Origin: an uncultured archaeon
GTDB taxonomy: Archaea > Asgardarchaeota > Thorarchaeia > Thorarchaeales > Thorarchaeaceae
Length of the DNA stretch: 12,087 nucleotides
Direction of reading: 5' to 3'
NCBI GenBank assembly: GCA_964473825.1
Contig: CAYYQL010000056.1
Coordinates: 1 to 12,087 of the forward strand
Shown here: positions 7,744 to 12,087 of the stretch, one piece after another
How positions within the stretch are numbered: position 1 is the stretch's first letter
Layout of the letters: every line of letters begins with the position of its first letter
Translations under genes and position numbers: made by a program
Notes under the pieces: model-generated
Database searches by the model: none
The model's input: the letters and a program-made list of their open reading frames with translations, nothing else
Told to the model about the DNA's origin: nothing

Positions 7744-10497
7744 TTAACTCTTCTCTTGATATTTGTTAAGGATGATAGTCGCTCTCATCGCTGCCGCACT
7801 ACCAGCCGATACTGAATCAGGAATGTCCTTGGGCCCATCTGCGCATCCGCAAACAAAGACACCAGCAAGCTTTGTGTCCACCGGGGTAATAACCCGGTCA
7901 GCCACATCTATGTACCCATCAATTGCCAGATCCATACCCAGCTCTACAACCATATCGCTCATTCCCTCTGGCGGTTGAATGCCCGGACTCAGGACAATCA
8001 AATCATGCTCGACATTATGGAGAATCTCCTTTTCTGTATCCTCCACTCTGACAATCAGATTCCCGTTCTCCTCGTTTTCAATAACTTCTGAAACGCGACC
8101 ACGAACGAAGTTCACACCGAAACGTGTACGAGCCATCTCGTAGAACTCTTCAAATCCCTTTCCAAAGGCCCGGATATCAGCGTAGTACATGGTGACCTCA
8201 CAGTCTGGATGGTGCTCTTTCGCCATCACGGCGTTCTTTATCCCGTACATGCAGCACACACGTGAGCAGTAGGGTACACCCTTACTCACATCGCGAGCGC
8301 CGACACATTGAATGAATCCTATATTCTCCGGAATCTTCCCGTCGCTGAGGCGAACAAGATGCCCCTTGGTGGGCCCAGCCGCGTTGATGAGGCGCTCGTA
8401 TTCCATGGCGTGGATAACATTGGCGTACTTGCCGTAGCCGTACTGCGGATACCGTGACACATCGAAGAGCTTGTACCCTGTTGCCAGGACAATGGCTCCG
8501 ACATCGAGGTCAAGTATCTCATCCTTCATGGAGTGATCGATTGCCTCACGGGTGCAAGCATCTACACAAAGCTTACACTCGCAACAATTGGCACACCCAA
8601 GACAGCGCTCAGATTCAAGGCGAGCCACTTCCTCGGTGAAGCCTAGTTCCACCTCAGCAAAGTTGTTACATCGCGAGGCTAGCCCTTGCTTCGGCATCAC
8701 AGCGCCCTTTGACTGTTCTTTGTGGATGGTATCAACCTCATAAGACTGTACACGGTGCAGAGGTTCGGCCCTGCCCTCTTCAATGGAAACTCCTCTTAGG
8801 TAACGATCGATAGACTCCGCAGCCTCTCGCCCCTGACCAACAGCCTTCACAGCTGTAAGCGGTCCTGTGACAATATCTCCTCCAGCGAATACTCCGGGTT
8901 CGCTGCTCTGCATGGTGACTTCATCAATAGTGACAGTGCCCCATTTCGTGCAGTCGCAGTTAGTCTGAACGCCGTGGATGTCTGCTTTCTGGCCTACCGC
9001 CACGATGGCTGTATCTACCGCCATTGTGAACTCAGAGTTCTGGATGGGGATTGGTCTTCTCCTGCCCGAGTAGTCTGGTTCACCCAGGCGCATCTTAACG
9101 CATCTAATTCCAGTGAGTTTTCCATCTGACGACAGGAACTCTGTAGGATTGGTCAAGAGCATGAACTTGACTCCTTCTTCCTTGGCATCCTCCACCTCGC
9201 TTGGAATGGCAGGAATCTCGATGCCTGACCGCCTGTAGACAAGGGTCACCTCTTCGGCGCCTAGACGAACAGCAACTCTGGCAGAGTCAATTGCAGCATC
9301 TCCTCCTCCAACGACCACAACTCTTCTTCCAATCTCTACGTGTTCTCCAGTGTTCACCTTTCTGAGAAACTCCATAGAGTGAAGTACGCCCTCTGAGTCC
9401 TCCCCTCTCACTCCCATATCATTGCATTCCCAGGTTCCAGTAGCGATAAAGACTGCCTTGAATCCTCGTTTCTTCAGTTCTTCAATGGACTCTACTGGAG
9501 TGTTAGGTTTCATCTTGACACCATGGTCGATGACTCTCTGTATCTCCTCATCAAGTATATCGCGAGGCAGCCGATACTCTGGAATCGCATATCTGAGCAG
9601 ACCGCCCAACAGTGGCTCCTTCTCAAAAACGGTAACAGGATATCCCCTGCGAGCCAACTGATACGCACAGCTGATGCCAGCAGGTCCAGAACCAATCACT
9701 GCAACTTGTTCCTCTTTGTCGATGTTGGGCACGACTGGCTCCACCACATCTAGTGTTCGTTCCCAGTCCGCAAGAAACCTGTGCAGGTTCCGTATCTTCA
9801 TGCTCTCATCGAGATAACCACGCTCACACTCACCCTCGCAAAACGATATGCAGACTCTGCCAAGAACGCCAGGAAACGGAATGGAGTCTCTGACAATCTC
9901 AAGAGCCCTAGCATAGTCTCCTGTCTTCATCATCGTGATGAACCCTTGCGCATTGACACGGGCAGGACAGGTGTCTCTGCACGCAGGCTCACCCTTCTTG
10001 TCAATGGTGTACACATTGGGTGTGGCCTGAGGAAACGGAGTGTAGATGGCTTTCCTAAATCCAAGAGATTCATCAAACTCGTTAGGGAGCTCCACCGGAC
10101 ATGTCGACACACAGTCGCCGCATCCTGAACATGCGTCTTCATCAACATACCTCGCCTTCCTCCTAACTCGTACTCGGAAATCGCCCACTTCACCATGAAT
10201 CGACTGGACCTCAGAATACGTGAGTAGTTCGATTCTTGGATGTCGAGAGACGTCACTCAGGCGTGGTGTGAGAATGCACGCGGAACAATCCAGCGTCGGA
10301 AATGTCTTGTCTATTGCCGCCATTCGTCCTCCTATCGAAGGGGACTTCTCAAGCAGATAGGTCTTGAAGCCTTGATCTGCGATGTCAAGCGCGGCCTGCA
10401 TTCCTGCCACCCCGCCGCCTATGACTAGTGCAGCTAGGGTTGTTTCTTCCTCGCGTTCAGTTTGGGAGCTCGGACCAGAAGCCTTCTCGATTGTCAA
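7744..10497 (-). CDS. hdrA: HdrA/HdrL-like flavoprotein: short HdrA core with a ~470-aa GltD/NfnL(SudA)-like FAD/NAD(P)H module inserted in the ferredoxin domain
   Basis: N- and C-terminal parts closely match the 433-aa HdrA. The insert has ACRDTCP, FPGVLGRVCISFCEGEC, VAVIGSGPAG, GGLLRYAIPEYRLP, VVVGGGDAAID, VYRR, GVFAGGD and RCLGC. TTG start after GGAGG. Confidence 0.93.
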   Translation of the reverse strand: MTIEKASGPSSQTEREEETTLAALVIGGGVAGMQAALDIADQGFKTYLLEKSPSIGGRMAAIDKTFPTLDCSACILTPRLSDVSRHPRIELLTYSEVQSIHGEVGDFRVRVRRKARYVDEDACSGCGDCVSTCPVELPNEFDESLGFRKAIYTPFPQATPNVYTIDKKGEPACRDTCPARVNAQGFITMMKTGDYARALEIVRDSIPFPGVLGRVCISFCEGECERGYLDESMKIRNLHRFLADWERTLDVVEPVVPNIDKEEQVAVIGSGPAGISCAYQLARRGYPVTVFEKEPLLGGLLRYAIPEYRLPRDILDEEIQRVIDHGVKMKPNTPVESIEELKKRGFKAVFIATGTWECNDMGVRGEDSEGVLHSMEFLRKVNTGEHVEIGRRVVVVGGGDAAIDSARVAVRLGAEEVTLVYRRSGIEIPAIPSEVEDAKEEGVKFMLLTNPTEFLSSDGKLTGIRCVKMRLGEPDYSGRRRPIPIQNSEFTMAVDTAIVAVGQKADIHGVQTNCDCTKWGTVTIDEVTMQSSEPGVFAGGDIVTGPLTAVKAVGQGREAAESIDRYLRGVSIEEGRAEPLHRVQSYEVDTIHKEQSKGAVMPKQGLASRCNNFAEVELGFTEEVARLESERCLGCANCCECKLCVDACTREAIDHSMKDEILDLDVGAIVLATGYKLFDVSRYPQYGYGKYANVIHAMEYERLINAAGPTKGHLVRLSDGKIPENIGFIQCVGARDVSKGVPYCSRVCCMYGIKNAVMAKEHHPDCEVTMYYADIRAFGKGFEEFYEMARTRFGVNFVRGRVSEVIENEENGNLIVRVEDTEKEILHNVEHDLIVLSPGIQPPEGMSDMVVELGMDLAIDGYIDVADRVITPVDTKLAGVFVCGCADGPKDIPDSVSAGSAAAMRATIILNKYQEKS

Positions 10498-10568
10498 ATG
10501 GGTTCCTCCATGTCTTGGTTTGCATCAGGGGTTCTTGAGACAGCATTTCTGCATGCTCTTCCAATCGA

Positions 10569-10618
10569 CTTAGCTATGCAATACGATAGAAAAGAGTTCC
10601 TATTTTCGGCTTAGCTAT
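10569..10618. repeat. Direct repeat CTTAGCTAT x2 (10569-10577, 10610-10618) upstream of the operon; candidate operator
   Basis: Exact 9-mer repeated with a 41-bp period. Each copy contains the palindrome TAGCTA. Lies 70-120 bp upstream of the first operon gene. Confidence 0.4.
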
Positions 10619-10623
10619 TGTTT

Positions 10624-10661
10624 CCATAATTGAGCCCCACATACTTGGTGCTGAATTATGG
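10624..10661. repeat. Imperfect inverted repeat / hairpin (14 of 16 stem pairs, 6-nt loop)
   Basis: CCATAATT-g-AGC-c-CCA-catact-TGG-t-GCT-g-AATTATGG, paired by hand. Confidence 0.6.
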
Positions 10662-10904
10662 GGCGGGATGAATCGAGAATCTGGACCAGACTGACCAGAA
10701 GAGAACCGAACCTACAGACATGATGGAATCAACGAGTGCATAGGCGTCATTCCCCCTTAGTTTCACAGAATCGATCTTCGAAATCGGTGGGGACAGCATT
10801 GTGATAGAAATCGTTGTGAAATCGGGTTCCTGTTGGAGATGGTCGTTTTCTCCAAGGGGAAGTGGATATCGGCTAGATTGCTTGTCCTCAGGCTTAAGAA
10901 CTGA

Positions 10905-11267
10905 TCAGCTTAGCACCTCTAAGCTGTCTGAGGAATCAACGACGGCCTTGGCGAGAGCAAGCCAAGGATTCACGATAAATCGCCGTAGAGTCCCTTTGAG
11001 AATAGGATTCCACCTAGCCTGTTTTGCGATGGGGGGTGATATCTCATAGTAAATGCGAGTCATCATGGAACCGAATCTACTAGTAAGCATCCGCTCATCG
11101 CGAAACCGCCGCAACAAATCAATACGGGGATCAAAGGGAGTCCTGATTACAGCCGTTGCAATGAAACACTCGGATTGGTGCCCCTTACAGAAGATTTCAT
11201 CCTTGATAGCCTTTCTCACCTGCTTGCTAGCGCCGACTCTCTGTTCTTGTGAATCTTTTCCCCTCAA
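10905..11267 (-). CDS. Stand-alone CFI-box-CTERM domain protein
   Basis: CFIATAV...LLRRFRDERML...G...IYYEISPPIA...LRRFIVNP matches the CFI-box-CTERM signature. An in-frame TGA lies immediately before the TTG start. The start position is uncertain. Confidence 0.82.
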   Translation of the reverse strand: MRGKDSQEQRVGASKQVRKAIKDEIFCKGHQSECFIATAVIRTPFDPRIDLLRRFRDERMLTSRFGSMMTRIYYEISPPIAKQARWNPILKGTLRRFIVNPWLALAKAVVDSSDSLEVLS

Positions 11268-11560
11268 TCAATCGAGAATCAGCCAGACGCTAAATATCAT
11301 GAGATAATGAATAGATGTAGTGCTGAGTCCAATGCCAGAAGAAGAAATTGTCGAGTTTGAGGTCGCTTCCGAAATCGGTGAATCACAAAGAGCAGATGGC
11401 CATTTGATGCGAACAGATGGGAACCCCAAGAGGCAATCAGCCTCTCCTCCTAGTCTGGGTTGTGATACCCGCAGTTCTTTTCTTGATGGTTCTGGTCACT
11501 CGCATCCGACAAGGGTAAGCGAATTCCAAAGTGTGGTCTTGCTCGGTACGATTGCGGGTT

Positions 11561-11815
11561 CTACTTGCGGCCTTCTTTTCCGTGAATGCAGAACCAACCA
11601 CCTTTAAGCTCGTATTTCTGGAATACGCCACAACCAAAGCAGCTACATCCTTTGTCCTCGATGTCATCAGCCTGTTTCTGCGATGCGCCACGAGCACAGA
11701 AGAGGGCATGTGGTTCAACTTTATTCAATTCGTTCGGCTTGAAGGTGGGACATGGCCCGCAAAACTGCTTACATATCTCCATGTTCTCCTCGGTATCAGG
11801 AACAGGTTTCATCAT
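11561..11815 (-). CDS. DUF2769-family small cysteine-rich protein
   Basis: VPDTEEN..IC...CGPCPTF...LFCARG.S...KGCSCFGCGVFQKYEL...WFC..G is typical of DUF2769. AGGAG lies just upstream of the ATG at 11815, which I prefer over 11851. Confidence 0.85.
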   Translation of the reverse strand: MMKPVPDTEENMEICKQFCGPCPTFKPNELNKVEPHALFCARGASQKQADDIEDKGCSCFGCGVFQKYELKGGWFCIHGKEGRK

Positions 11816-11863
11816 ATATTCTCCTTGAAGTATATCTACGGCACCCATCATTTCTGAATTATC

Positions 11864-11878
11864 ATTATAAGACTTGCT
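11864..11878 (-). promoter_or_regulatory. Putative archaeal BRE/TATA promoter for the DUF2769 gene
   Basis: The minus strand reads AGCAAGT-CTTATAAT about 50 nt upstream of ATG 11815. Confidence 0.45.
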
Positions 11879-12034
11879 AACAAATCTATGGTCTATGCGA
11901 TCAGAATACTTCCAAGCCTAAATGGACACAGATTTTCAGAAACCAGCACAGTACAGGTGATCCTTAGCAAAAATACAAATCTCTGAATTAGTAGCAGGAT
12001 GGAAAACTGCATCTACGAGCGAATGCTCAGGCTT

Positions 12035-12087
12035 TCAATCAGAGCTCTTCGTGGCTGCCGCCATCTTGTCCGGATCGATAAGAACCT
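12035..12087 (-). CDS. Possible 3' end of an upstream gene (...VLIDPDKMAAATKSSD*)
   Basis: The frame is open from the window edge to TGA at 12037-12035 and has protein-like composition. Too short to identify. Confidence 0.3.
   Translation of the reverse strand, partial: VLIDPDKMAAATKSSD

Noticed and set aside
1-10497. Calling the host a methanogen because of hdrABC-mvhADG
   Set aside because: These genes are widespread in non-methanogenic anaerobes, and the window has no mcr, mtr or coenzyme biosynthesis genes.
342-10573. Numerous plus-strand and alternative-frame ORFs (e.g. 559-1074, 5885-6502, 6043-6378, 9930-10256)
   Set aside because: They are shadows of well-supported minus-strand genes and have no recognisable motifs.
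10780-10825. GAAATCG three times (again near 11371) as a CRISPR or iteron array
   Set aside because: Only 7 bp, irregularly spaced, with no repeat-spacer periodicity.
11320-11857. ORFs 11320-11607(+), 11437-11718(-), 11531-11857(+) and 11586-11828(+)
   Set aside because: They overlap the convincing DUF2769 gene and show no family signal.
1-12087. tRNA, rRNA, transposase, integrase or CRISPR features
   Set aside because: I saw no supporting signature on either strand.

Overview
This is an archaeal-looking window (GGAGG/GGTGA ribosome-binding sites, a TTATAA box, a DUF2769 gene). An Asgard/Thorarchaeia-like origin is plausible but is only my inference. Positions 1-10497 on the minus strand hold a tightly coupled heterodisulfide reductase / group 3c [NiFe]-hydrogenase cluster. 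In transcription order: a 917-aa HdrA with an inserted GltD/NfnL-like NAD(P)H module (HdrL-like), a 279-bp spacer or possible small Cys-rich ORF, hdrC, hdrB, a 433-aa truncated hdrA, a 591-aa complementary hdrA, mvhD, an ~80-aa winged-helix protein, mvhG, an mvhA lacking its C-terminal Ni-ligand motif, and an unannotated vhuU-like micro-gene that runs off the window edge. None of the three HdrA genes is complete. The 433-aa and 917-aa proteins keep the bifurcation-associated Glu/Lys and the central ferredoxin but lack both terminal Fe-S domains. The 591-aa protein has exactly the complementary set and has lost those Glu/Lys residues. This suggests an asymmetric HdrA heterodimer with two interchangeable catalytic partners, with or without an NADP(H) port, fed by a split hydrogenase. 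Upstream lie a stand-alone CFI-box-CTERM ORF and a DUF2769 Cys-rich protein.
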